IMG/VR virus record: IMGVR_UViG_3300022602_000059
DNA from: an uncultured virus (IMG/VR IMGVR_UViG_3300022602_000059)
Lineage: Duplodnaviria > Heunggongvirae > Uroviricota > Caudoviricetes
Length of the DNA stretch: 27,059 nucleotides
Strand: one strand, 5' to 3'
The notes under the pieces were generated by a model. The model had not been told where the DNA came from. It did no database searches and worked only from the letters and a program-made list of their open reading frames with translations. Positions within the stretch are counted from its first letter, which is position 1, and the number at the start of each line of letters is the position of its first letter. The position numbers and the translations under genes are program-made. This document shows positions 17,595 to 24,916 of this stretch, in pieces.

Positions 17595-17642
17595 TTACGC
17601 TTGTGGTGCTGTTGTACTATCAAGGTTTCTGGCACGTGACAT
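17595..17642 (-). pseudogene. 15-codon vestigial ORF MSRARNLDSTTAPQA
   Basis: TAATG-coupled to the upstream gene, fills the intergenic gap, and begins with an MSRAR(N/D)L-type fibre N-terminus. Confidence 0.5.
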
Positions 17643-17839
17643 TACTCAGCTCCTGATGGTTTTTCAACAAGTGGAGGTTGTTCAAAAGTTCCGTTAGAGT
17701 ATCCAAGTCCAATAATAGCTGGATTAGAATCGGTGTACTCAACGCATTCTTTTTCATTGACTGATTGGGCAATTTCTAAGGAATCAGCGACAATAGTGTT
17801 TATAACAATACCGCCCTCAATAATTGCAAAATTAGCCAT
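17642..17839 (-). CDS. small acidic partner of Gly-rich protein, copy 1
   Basis: MANFAIIEGGIVINTIVADS...CVEYTDSNPAIIG. Confidence 0.7.
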   Translation of the reverse strand: MANFAIIEGGIVINTIVADSLEIAQSVNEKECVEYTDSNPAIIGLGYSNGTFEQPPLVEKPSGAE

Positions 17840-18702
17840 TAAACACCCCTCAGTACAAATACAGCACCAGTACCGCCAGGGTTTCCAGTTCCCGTAATAT
17901 TGTTTGAAAGGCCTGCTCCACCCTTACCGTAGTTTCCTCCGCTGTTTCCAACTACAAAATTGTAAAGGTAAGAAGGGGTTCCAGCGCTTATGGACGCACC
18001 GCCACTATTGCCGTTAACTACGTATCCACCAGAGCCGCTTCCGCCACCACCTCCAGTGTTTGGGTAAGCAGGGCCACCTCCACCGCCATTGGCCGTTAAG
18101 TTAGAAAATGTAGTAGCTCCTCCCGCACCACCAGGGTTTTGCCCACCACCAGACGCTCCACCATTACCCGCTGCTCCAATATTGTAAGTGGTTGAGGTGT
18201 TTAAGGTTAAGAGCGCTGAAACACTTCCACCACCACCGCCTCCAGAGCCCGCAACGTTGTTGTTGCTGGAGCTTCCTCCGTTACCGCCGCCGCCTCCGCC
18301 ACCTACAGCAACTACGTACACGTTTCCTGTTTGGTTGTACGTTCCGCTTGTAGTCAAAATGTCTACAGTTCCACTGGGTGCGCTTGAAGGAAATCCAATT
18401 CCCGACAAAGCTATATTGACCACTATGTTGCTTCCAGTGTTTGTCCAAAAGTCAATTTTAGTTGCTGGAGAAGCTAAGTTAAATAGTGTAGTTCCAGAAG
18501 ATGTTACAGCAGAACCTAGTAGAGTACTTCCACTGTAAAAATCTACATATGAAGTAGTGGTGCTGACACAAGTGATTGTGTAAGCTCCAGAAATTAAAGA
18601 TACAGAAGCCGTATACAACGTGTTTGAAGATGTTGCAGTAAAAGTGCTTCCTACAGTGCTTGGTGATGAACTAGATGCAGAAGCGGCGTTAGATACTGAC
18701 AT
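17839..18702 (-). CDS. glycine-rich fibre/adhesin-like protein, copy 1
   Basis: AVGGGGGGG, YNIGAAG, GGATTFS; ends GAVFVLRGV. Confidence 0.75.
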   Translation of the reverse strand: MSVSNAASASSSSPSTVGSTFTATSSNTLYTASVSLISGAYTITCVSTTTSYVDFYSGSTLLGSAVTSSGTTLFNLASPATKIDFWTNTGSNIVVNIALSGIGFPSSAPSGTVDILTTSGTYNQTGNVYVVAVGGGGGGGNGGSSSNNNVAGSGGGGGGSVSALLTLNTSTTYNIGAAGNGGASGGGQNPGGAGGATTFSNLTANGGGGGPAYPNTGGGGGSGSGGYVVNGNSGGASISAGTPSYLYNFVVGNSGGNYGKGGAGLSNNITGTGNPGGTGAVFVLRGV

Positions 18703-19031
18703 TATGCCAACTCACTTCCATAAGCGTGGAATGTAATGGCGCCAGCGGTACCTGTTGTAACGTTGATGACGTCTGTGGCGGCCAAGGTGATTCCAAGGGT
18801 AAAGAAGGTAGTGTTGTTAGCTGTGATAGGCACAGCTGAAAGAAGCACGTTAGTTGTTGAGGTTGCCGCGCCCGCTTTGCAAATCCACACGGTAGCTGTT
18901 GCTGACGAAGTGGTGGTGTTAGCCACGGCTAAGGTGCTCACTACAGTTGAGGTGTTAGCAGGCACTGTATACAGTGCTGTAACGGACGTGGTGGCGTTAG
19001 CCTGTCCTAGAATCTTTGGTGAAAAGGCCAT
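18702..19031 (-). CDS. small beta-rich structural protein
   Basis: LYTVPA...VVSTLAVAN...GITLAATD...YGSE. Confidence 0.75.
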   Translation of the reverse strand: MAFSPKILGQANATTSVTALYTVPANTSTVVSTLAVANTTTSSATATVWICKAGAATSTTNVLLSAVPITANNTTFFTLGITLAATDVINVTTGTAGAITFHAYGSELA

Positions 19032-19568
19032 TTAGGCTCCCATCGTCATAAGTTGGAACGCAAAAGCATTTTGGTCAATGCTTGTTACGTTATATGTTCC
19101 GTTACCAGAGCCAACGAGGAGCTGACCCGATGCCGTAAAGTTTGTGCTAAGAATTGCTGCGTTAGTATTAACGTTCAAGAAGCTGATGACTGAGACGGTA
19201 TCGCCAACAATCAAAGCCGATGATAAAACAATCGATGTTCCGCTGGTAGCTGTGTAGTCTACGCCGCGAACAATCTCAACACCGTTGATGCTAACGATTT
19301 CGTTTCCAGGCACATAGGAAAGGGTGACTGAGCTGTCATCTGAGCCTGAAAGAGTTGTCTCGCCGCCAGTCGATGTGTACTTCCAACGAGCTAGGTAAGC
19401 TGTAGCACCAGTCGCGTTGTCAATCCAGATGTCACCAACCGATGGGCTGGAGGGTGCGGTTGTACCAACATAGATGGAGTTACCAACGGCGCCGTCTGTG
19501 ACGTTGACCGAACCACCAGCGCTGACGCCTACACCAGTGACTTTAGGGCCGTAGCTCTTAACTGCCAT
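19032..19568 (-). CDS. fibre-like structural protein
   Basis: GTTAPSSPSVGDIWID and NGVEIVRGVDYTATSGTSIVL motifs; ends MTMGA. Confidence 0.75.
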   Translation of the reverse strand: MAVKSYGPKVTGVGVSAGGSVNVTDGAVGNSIYVGTTAPSSPSVGDIWIDNATGATAYLARWKYTSTGGETTLSGSDDSSVTLSYVPGNEIVSINGVEIVRGVDYTATSGTSIVLSSALIVGDTVSVISFLNVNTNAAILSTNFTASGQLLVGSGNGTYNVTSIDQNAFAFQLMTMGA

Positions 19569-19906
19569 TATGCTATTGTCACTCCGCTGATGAGTAGGTT
19601 GAGGGTAGAGCCTGCAGAAGCTAGTGCAGCCACTGCGTCTCCTGTAGCAAGTACCTGAGAGATGTCAAAAACCAAAGTTGAGTTAGCGGCAACAGAGACA
19701 CCACCGATGATGTTGTTGGCTGCAGAGGCAGAGTTGCCTGAAGGAACAACTGAAACGGTCACCGTTGCAGCTGAGGTTGTTGGGTTAGCGACGATGATTT
19801 CCTTAACAACTGCAGTTGTTGCTGAGGGAACCGTGTACTGGGTGACATAAGAAGTTGTAAGCTGTGTTGGTCCAGTACCAAGACGCGCGGGAGTATAAGT
19901 GGCCAC
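19568..19906 (-). CDS. small beta-rich structural protein
   Basis: YTVPSATTAVVKEIIVAN...ISGV; GTG start with AAAGGA SD. Confidence 0.75.
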   Translation of the reverse strand: MATYTPARLGTGPTQLTTSYVTQYTVPSATTAVVKEIIVANPTTSAATVTVSVVPSGNSASAANNIIGGVSVAANSTLVFDISQVLATGDAVAALASAGSTLNLLISGVTIA

Positions 19907-19967
19907 AGTGGTCCTTTCCTAATTAGATACTACAGTAAGATAAAGCGGAAAGATTTACTGCCTAAAC

Positions 19968-20087
19968 CTAGTTTTGGGATTCGCCATTTTCGCCTCGTCC
20001 AGGGGTTGCATACACCTTAATAGATGGGCGCTCTGGGTTGTTCAATATATGCACAAGTTGGGACTTAAACTCCATAGTACGGTTCAT
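19968..20087 (-). CDS. 39-aa hypothetical protein
   Basis: MNRTMEFKSQ...; ATGA overlap with the upstream ORF. Confidence 0.5.
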   Translation of the reverse strand: MNRTMEFKSQLVHILNNPERPSIKVYATPGRGENGESQN

Positions 20088-20230
20088 GGTGACCACCTAT
20101 TGAACTGAAGGGCCTGGGTTTTCTTGCCTTGAACTGTAGGAGCCTGGACTCTGCGTAAGGCATCGTCCATCTTCCTGCCAGCTAAACCTGTAGGGCGCTT
20201 AGGAAGCGCTTTCTTCTTAGGCTTGGCCAT
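20084..20230 (-). CDS. 48-aa basic hypothetical protein
   Basis: MAKPKKKALPKRP...; fills the operon gap. Confidence 0.55.
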   Translation of the reverse strand: MAKPKKKALPKRPTGLAGRKMDDALRRVQAPTVQGKKTQALQFNRWSP

Positions 20231-20720
20231 TGCCAAATGGATTGGCAGTTACGCCCGTTACAGGGGCGGTTGATGGCTTAGCAGGCTTCATAGACTTAGA
20301 GAGCGCTGCCTTGGTTACAGGGGTGAACTGGTCGCTGCCGCTAACGGTTGCGCCTGTTGGAACCTGTGGAGTCGAATCAGTGACAGTTGGGGTAACTTGC
20401 GCCTCAACAGGAGCTGCGTGGTAAGCGCCCTTAACATCTCCAAAAGTAAAGCTAGCAAACTTCTGTGTGGGGTCAACCTTCATAAGCTCTTCGCGCTTAT
20501 GGCTAACCATCTCTTTGTCACGTTGATGTGCTTGCTGGGCAGTGTACTCGCCAATAGCGGCGTGCAACATAGAATCGCCTACAGACGCGGCTGTAGTAGC
20601 GCGGGCTTTCTTTTGGCCCTTACGGCCCATCTTGACGCCCTCTAGTAAGCTGTCAGTTACAGCTTTGACAGGGTTGTCTTGCAACCCACCGAACATACCG
20701 TCTTCTGCGCTCTTTGCCAT
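20217..20720 (-). CDS. hypothetical protein (probably leaderless)
   Basis: 167 aa; GATAAT box 6 nt upstream of ATG. Confidence 0.7.
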   Translation of the reverse strand: MAKSAEDGMFGGLQDNPVKAVTDSLLEGVKMGRKGQKKARATTAASVGDSMLHAAIGEYTAQQAHQRDKEMVSHKREELMKVDPTQKFASFTFGDVKGAYHAAPVEAQVTPTVTDSTPQVPTGATVSGSDQFTPVTKAALSKSMKPAKPSTAPVTGVTANPFGNGQA

Positions 20721-20762
20721 AAGACTATTATCCTGAAAATGGCAGCAAAAACTACCTAAAGG

Positions 20763-20858
20763 TTATTCCTCTAGGTGTTTATCTTCGCACTCTCGGGCCA
20801 GGGATGGGACAACAAAAGCTTTGCCGCATATCTCGCAGTTCCAGCGGTCCTTGGGCAC
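20763..20858 (-). CDS. 31-aa zinc-finger peptide
   Basis: MPKDRWNCEICGKAFVVPSLARECEDKH; TAGTG overlap. Confidence 0.6.
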   Translation of the reverse strand: MPKDRWNCEICGKAFVVPSLARECEDKHLEE

Positions 20859-21067
20859 TAGATAAGTCCCAGTAGTCCTTCAGGGTCATGAACGTGTACC
20901 GAGTTATCTACCAGCTTCTTACCCGCTTTACGGGCGTGATGTCCGCAGAAGAGAAGCTCTCCTGCAAGGAGGGTTGCAATAATCTTTGCCTCAGCGCCGC
21001 AAGAATCACAGCGGTCTGTGCCCCGCACTAGCTCTCGGGGAGTGAATTCCACCTTAGTGACTGCCAT
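20858..21067 (-). CDS. small zinc-binding protein
   Basis: DRCDSCGAEA...GELLFCGHH; AGGAGG SD. Confidence 0.75.
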   Translation of the reverse strand: MAVTKVEFTPRELVRGTDRCDSCGAEAKIIATLLAGELLFCGHHARKAGKKLVDNSVHVHDPEGLLGLI

Positions 21068-21082
21068 CCTTGCCTCCTAGGT

Positions 21083-21379
21083 TTACTTTTGGTTTTCTTT
21101 CTTACCTGCTCGACGCTTGTTTTCTTTAGCCACGTTCTTGCTCTTAGATATTACGCGTAGGTTTCCTTTGGAGTCATTACTCTTATTGTTGTCCTTGTGG
21201 TCAACTTCTTGGTCTTTGCGAAGCTTCTTGCCCGTACGGGTTTCGTGGTCAACGCGGGCTTTGTCGGATGAAGTGGTCTTCCACTTGCCATCCTTGCCTT
21301 TTGTCTTAAAGACATAGATAGGGCGGCCACCATTCTTGTCAGAACCTTTATATGGGCCAAAGCGCTTACTTTCCGCCAC
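21083..21379 (-). CDS. HNH endonuclease
   Basis: EVDHKDNNKSNDSKGNLRVIS...N. Confidence 0.8.
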   Translation of the reverse strand: MAESKRFGPYKGSDKNGGRPIYVFKTKGKDGKWKTTSSDKARVDHETRTGKKLRKDQEVDHKDNNKSNDSKGNLRVISKSKNVAKENKRRAGKKENQK

Positions 21380-21415
21380 GTTGCTCCTCGTCTAAGTAAT
21401 TAAGTATAGAAGCAA

Positions 21416-21505
21416 TCATAGGGATTCCCTGAGCCCGCGTGGGAGCTTTGGATTATGCCCAGCGCCCTTTTGACGCTTTAAGAACTGTCGAGTTGGCTCA
21501 ACCAT
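21416..21505 (-). CDS. 29-aa basic peptide
   Basis: MVEPTRQFLKRQKG...; TAATG coupling. Confidence 0.45.
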   Translation of the reverse strand: MVEPTRQFLKRQKGAGHNPKLPRGLRESL

Positions 21506-21663
21506 TACTTACTCTTTTTCTTAGATACCGCCATGTTATCAATAAGGTTAGGGTAAGGACGACCAGCTGCTTTAGCACGTGCTTTAGCGGCAGACTTCTT
21601 TTTAGATGAAAGGTGCTTAGACTTCTTCTTGGGGTCTGGGGTATCCCATACTTCTTTAGCCAT
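21505..21663 (-). CDS. 52-aa Lys-rich protein
   Basis: MAKEVWDTPDPKKKSK...AKARAKAAGRPYPNLIDN; TAATG coupling. Confidence 0.7.
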   Translation of the reverse strand: MAKEVWDTPDPKKKSKHLSSKKKSAAKARAKAAGRPYPNLIDNMAVSKKKSK

Positions 21664-21968
21664 TACTTCTTCTTTCCCTTGTTGCGCTTAGAAATAGCCG
21701 CAGCCTTTGAGACAGCATCAGCTTTAGATGATGCGCCCCACGCCTGTAGAGATAGAAGCAAGCGTGTTGGCTCGCCATTAGGCTTGTGCTCTGGTCCCTT
21801 AGCGTGGCCCATACGAGCTAAAAAAGATGCGCGGCGAGGATTATCGCCAGACTTTACAGGAGCCTTGAGGTTATGACCCTCAGCTTTAGCGGATGCGCGA
21901 CCCTTAGCGTTCAAACCGCCCTTAGGGTTCTTACCTTCTTTGCGTTCCCATGCTGGAGATTTAGCCAT
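21663..21968 (-). CDS. DUF6321-like basic protein
   Basis: MAKSPAW.RKEGKNPKGGLNAKGRAS...NPRRASFLARM. Confidence 0.75.
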   Translation of the reverse strand: MAKSPAWERKEGKNPKGGLNAKGRASAKAEGHNLKAPVKSGDNPRRASFLARMGHAKGPEHKPNGEPTRLLLSLQAWGASSKADAVSKAAAISKRNKGKKK

Positions 21969-22207
21969 TACTTTGCTCCTTTGTGCTTTTGATTCTCCTT
22001 GCGGTGCCAATCACGAACATCTTGGACGCCCTCTTCAACAGTCTTAGCGCCAGCTTTATCGGTCAAATTAATCTTGTCCCACTTAGGGTCGTTCTTACCA
22101 GCGTGGTCTACGATGATGTCGCCATTCTTCTCATAGACTGTGTGCATCATTCCACCTGTAACAACTTTTGCTACTCGGCGTGAGTCATGTGCTCTATCTT
22201 TTGCCAT
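21968..22207 (-). CDS. hypothetical basic protein
   Basis: 79 aa, TAATG-coupled on both sides. Confidence 0.7.
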   Translation of the reverse strand: MAKDRAHDSRRVAKVVTGGMMHTVYEKNGDIIVDHAGKNDPKWDKINLTDKAGAKTVEEGVQDVRDWHRKENQKHKGAK

Positions 22208-22440
22208 TATGCTACTCCTGTTCCTCGTTCAAAGTTATTCATGGATGGGTTCAATACATCAGTAGCTTCTGGACCAACAAGATAGCGTTGGTAGCTATTG
22301 CGGGGAGCTGTATATTCGCCAAGATTGCTGACGTTCTCTACGCCTTCCCATTGACGGCCTTGGAAGTGTGGAAGGCCTCTATGACCTAAACCAGCGTTAT
22401 CGGCGCGGGTTGGGCCATAAGCTGGGTCATAGATATCCAT
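22207..22440 (-). CDS. hypothetical protein
   Basis: 77 aa, packed in the operon. Confidence 0.65.
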   Translation of the reverse strand: MDIYDPAYGPTRADNAGLGHRGLPHFQGRQWEGVENVSNLGEYTAPRNSYQRYLVGPEATDVLNPSMNNFERGTGVA

Positions 22441-22442
22441 AA

Positions 22443-22673
22443 CTAAAGACTACCAGTCGTATCGTTTACGTAAGCTTCATATGTCTCAGTAAGCATCATT
22501 AGTAAAGCTGCTGAGGTTTTAGGGTGAACTTCTTCAAAGTGACGCTTCCAAGAGAATACGTCGCGCATAGATGAGCTTGCACAGCCGTTATTGATATCGC
22601 CCCACATAATGGCAGCAAACCGCCCGACATCGTCGGGACGGTCTTGTTGGTCTAAAACCCATGGGGTAAACAT
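22443..22673 (-). CDS. YozE SAM-like protein
   Basis: FTPWVLDQQDRPDDVGRFA...D resembles the YozE N-terminus. Confidence 0.5.
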   Translation of the reverse strand: MFTPWVLDQQDRPDDVGRFAAIMWGDINNGCASSSMRDVFSWKRHFEEVHPKTSAALLMMLTETYEAYVNDTTGSL

Positions 22674-22711
22674 GGGATAAAAGGTATCAAACAGACATGC
22701 TGTCAGTACCG

Positions 22712-22933
22712 CTAAACGTTCTTGAGCCTGTCAATCAGTTCGCGGTTCTGCTTAATCTGTGCTTCGAGGGTTTCAATCTCCTCTGGGGTGAGCTTGTCCT
22801 TGTTAGCCTCATAGAGGGCAATGCCTGCCTCAAGGTTCTGCTCGAACATCAGTAGGTTCATAGCATGGCGCTCTGCAAGGAATCGAGCCTGTTCTTCTGC
22901 TCGCTGCTTACGCTTGTCTTGTGTCTTGCTCAT
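22712..22933 (-). CDS. coiled-coil hypothetical protein
   Basis: MSKTQDKRKQR...; ATGA overlap. Confidence 0.7.
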   Translation of the reverse strand: MSKTQDKRKQRAEEQARFLAERHAMNLLMFEQNLEAGIALYEANKDKLTPEEIETLEAQIKQNRELIDRLKNV

Positions 22934-23100
22934 CGGAAGTCCTCGCATTTGTGGGTATCTGGCTTGTCATAGGGGAAAAAGTACGTGATGCCGCAACCAT
23001 GACAGACTTTGCGGATACCTGACGAGTAGCTGGGTCGTGTCCAGCCGTACATGAGGACTGCGCCTGTAAGTAAGCCAAGGATGCCTGTAAGTAGAATCAC
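22930..23100 (-). CDS. small membrane protein with CxxC...HxC
   Basis: N-terminal TM segment, CHGC...HKC; GTGA overlap. Confidence 0.6.
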   Translation of the reverse strand: MILLTGILGLLTGAVLMYGWTRPSYSSGIRKVCHGCGITYFFPYDKPDTHKCEDFR

Positions 23101-23177
23101 TTGACGCACCAAACAATCAGGCAGAAGACCGAGATTAGTCCGATGATGATGTAAGGAAGTATTGAGTCGTCTTTCAT
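23097..23177 (-). CDS. 26-aa membrane peptide
   Basis: MKDDSILPYIIIGLISVFCLIVWCVK; 4-bp overlaps on both sides. Confidence 0.55.
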   Translation of the reverse strand: MKDDSILPYIIIGLISVFCLIVWCVK

Positions 23178-23284
23178 TTCTTTATATCCCAGTTCGTTTT
23201 CTTGGCGGCAATGTAACCATAGATACCAAAAGCAATGGCTACCGTGTCAACAATGACTATGTAAATAAGTGCGGCTTCAACCAT
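23174..23284 (-). CDS. 36-aa membrane peptide
   Basis: MVEAALIYIVIVDTVAIAFGIYGYIAAKK...; coupled on both sides. Confidence 0.55.
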   Translation of the reverse strand: MVEAALIYIVIVDTVAIAFGIYGYIAAKKTNWDIKK

Positions 23285-23466
23285 TACAGCTCCACACTAA
23301 TCCAGAAGAAGATGAGGTCTATGCCTATCTGATGCCTGTTAATAGTAATGCCCAAGGTAATGGCGTTAAAGGCGTAGCCAAACGACCACCACTTACCCAA
23401 AGCTCTCTTCTCACCGTAATACGTCATTGTAGCTCCTCCGCGAGGCAACCACTCATCATTCTTCAT
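23284..23466 (-). CDS. 60-aa hypothetical protein
   Basis: AGGAGG SD; aromatic/beta-rich. Confidence 0.65.
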   Translation of the reverse strand: MKNDEWLPRGGATMTYYGEKRALGKWWSFGYAFNAITLGITINRHQIGIDLIFFWISVEL

Positions 23467-23605
23467 CAGTAGCCTCCTCTAACCGCAATACATATCCATT
23501 CTTAGCACAATAATGTACCACGTCACTGAGTGAGGATTGGAAAAGGAAGTCCAAGGCGACCTCTACCAAGGCAACCTCTTCGCGCAACTTTTTCTTTTTT
23601 CCCAT
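23456..23605 (-). CDS. 49-aa hypothetical protein
   Basis: MGKKKKLREEV...; AGGAGG SD. Confidence 0.6.
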   Translation of the reverse strand: MGKKKKLREEVALVEVALDFLFQSSLSDVVHYCAKNGYVLRLEEATDEE

Positions 23606-23745
23606 TAGTAGCCTCCTAAGCAATCGTTGGAATGTGTATGGATAGAATATTGAAGTAGATATTCGCCCTTGGTAGGGGCAAAGAGCTCAGTGCCACATGC
23701 ACCACACTCACCTGACCACTCTTGCGCAAAGAAATCATAGGTCAT
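23605..23745 (-). CDS. 46-aa zinc-binding protein
   Basis: CGAC...HTH...CLGGY. Confidence 0.65.
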   Translation of the reverse strand: MTYDFFAQEWSGECGACGTELFAPTKGEYLLQYSIHTHSNDCLGGY

Positions 23746-23941
23746 CGCAACCACCCACCCTATCTGACACATAGTCGTGTACTCGCCACCAGAAGCGAGA
23801 CTTCCAGTAGCTTAGGTTCTTTTTGGGCTTTTGTACAGTACCCATGCCGACTCCTATAGAAAACCATTCAATAGGTCGGAACTCCAGCTTTGGAGAATAC
23901 GAGTTTAGGGTAATAACTTGATATGGCTCATCGTCGGTCAT
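23735..23941 (-). CDS. hypothetical protein
   Basis: MTDDEPYQV...; ATGA overlap. Confidence 0.6.
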   Translation of the reverse strand: MTDDEPYQVITLNSYSPKLEFRPIEWFSIGVGMGTVQKPKKNLSYWKSRFWWRVHDYVSDRVGGCDDL

Positions 23942-24084
23942 ACACGTGACCCAACGACAATAACAATAAAGAGAAGGCCAAGGAAGAGTTTGCGCTCGCG
24001 CCAATCAAGGACAAGGGAGAGGCCTATTTGACCCTCACTAGGAATCAGTACCTTAATGTGCTTCTTTCGAATAATGGTATTCAT
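23938..24084 (-). CDS. 48-aa hydrophobic protein
   Basis: MNTIIRKKHIK...; ATGA overlaps. Confidence 0.55.
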   Translation of the reverse strand: MNTIIRKKHIKVLIPSEGQIGLSLVLDWRERKLFLGLLFIVIVVGSRV

Positions 24085-24248
24085 TGCCCGCCCCATCCAG
24101 AACCCTTGAAGTGGATTCCTGGAGCAGAATATACCTTGGTCATCGCATATCCGCACTGAGGGCATGGAACTGTCGGCGTGTCGTTCATACCGTGTTCTAT
24201 CTCTAATGTTTCGTCGCATTCAATGCAACTGTAATCGTATCTAGGCAT
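24081..24248 (-). CDS. FmdB-family zinc ribbon protein (leaderless)
   Basis: MPRYDYSCIEC...CPQCG...FKGSGW; TGGTAGGCT extended -10 6 nt before ATG. Confidence 0.88.
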   Translation of the reverse strand: MPRYDYSCIECDETLEIEHGMNDTPTVPCPQCGYAMTKVYSAPGIHFKGSGWGGQ

Positions 24249-24298
24249 GGCAGAAGCCTACCATGTCTTTTCTCGAGCGACGCGATTTTGTATTACAC

Positions 24299-24736
24299 CT
24301 AGCGGATGAGGAAGCCTACTCCTGCGGTGATAATCATGCCGAGGAAGCCGCCAAGGACTACACGGGCTATGTGGTGGGATTTGTTATCTAGGTCACGTCC
24401 GCTGAGGATGCCAGCGATAAAGAGGCCGAGTAATGTGACAGCTACTATAGAGAGGTTCTTGGAGGGAAGCAGGGCTCCGAGCAGGGGAATAAGACCACCT
24501 ACGGCATAGGAGAGGGATGAGGCTATAGCTGCTTGGATGGAGTCCTTACGGCTACCTTCTGCTCGTACGGATACGTATTCTCCCACCCCCATGGACATCG
24601 CTCCAGCGACTATGCCTGCGGTGGTGATGGTAATGAGATTACCGATATGGGTAGCTGCTACTCCGAGCATAAGTGCGGAGATAGATACTAAGCCGTCATT
24701 AGAACCAAGGATTGCAGCGCGAAGCCATTGTCTCAT
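24299..24736 (-). CDS. VIT1/CCC1-family Fe/Mn transporter, minimal form
   Basis: LRAAILGSNDGLVS, AGAMSMGVGEYVSV, AAIASSLSY..GGLIPLL; five hydrophobic segments. Confidence 0.85.
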   Translation of the reverse strand: MRQWLRAAILGSNDGLVSISALMLGVAATHIGNLITITTAGIVAGAMSMGVGEYVSVRAEGSRKDSIQAAIASSLSYAVGGLIPLLGALLPSKNLSIVAVTLLGLFIAGILSGRDLDNKSHHIARVVLGGFLGMIITAGVGFLIR

Positions 24737-24763
24737 TCCTTGAGTGTAGAGATGCGTTACAGG

Positions 24764-24856
24764 CTAAATCAGGCCCAAGTCCTCTAGGGTAATGGCGTCG
24801 TTCTCAGGGTTGCGGCAATGGGAGAACTCATAGATGTATGTGAAGATGGGAGGCAT
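24764..24856 (-). CDS. 30-aa hypothetical peptide
   Basis: MPPIFTYIYEFSHCRNPENDAITLEDLGLI; GAAAGGT SD; own TATACT promoter at 24928-24933. Confidence 0.55.
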   Translation of the reverse strand: MPPIFTYIYEFSHCRNPENDAITLEDLGLI

Positions 24857-24870
24857 AGTTACCTTTCATA

Positions 24871-24916
24871 ACCCCAGCCGTGTGGTCTGCTTACGCTTCA
24901 GGGACGGCTCTGGGGT
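24871..24916 (-). promoter_or_regulatory. structured 5' leader / candidate ncRNA
   Basis: 11-bp bulged stem ACCCCAG(AG)CCGT/ACGGCTGGGGT enclosing a GC-GTAA-GC tetraloop hairpin. Confidence 0.5.

Noticed and set aside
14402..19906. Diversity-generating retroelement or invertase-driven switching of the Gly-rich cassettes
   Set aside because: No reverse transcriptase or recombinase in the window, and no near-identical template/variable repeat or inverted crossover sites seen; the paralogs are broadly diverged
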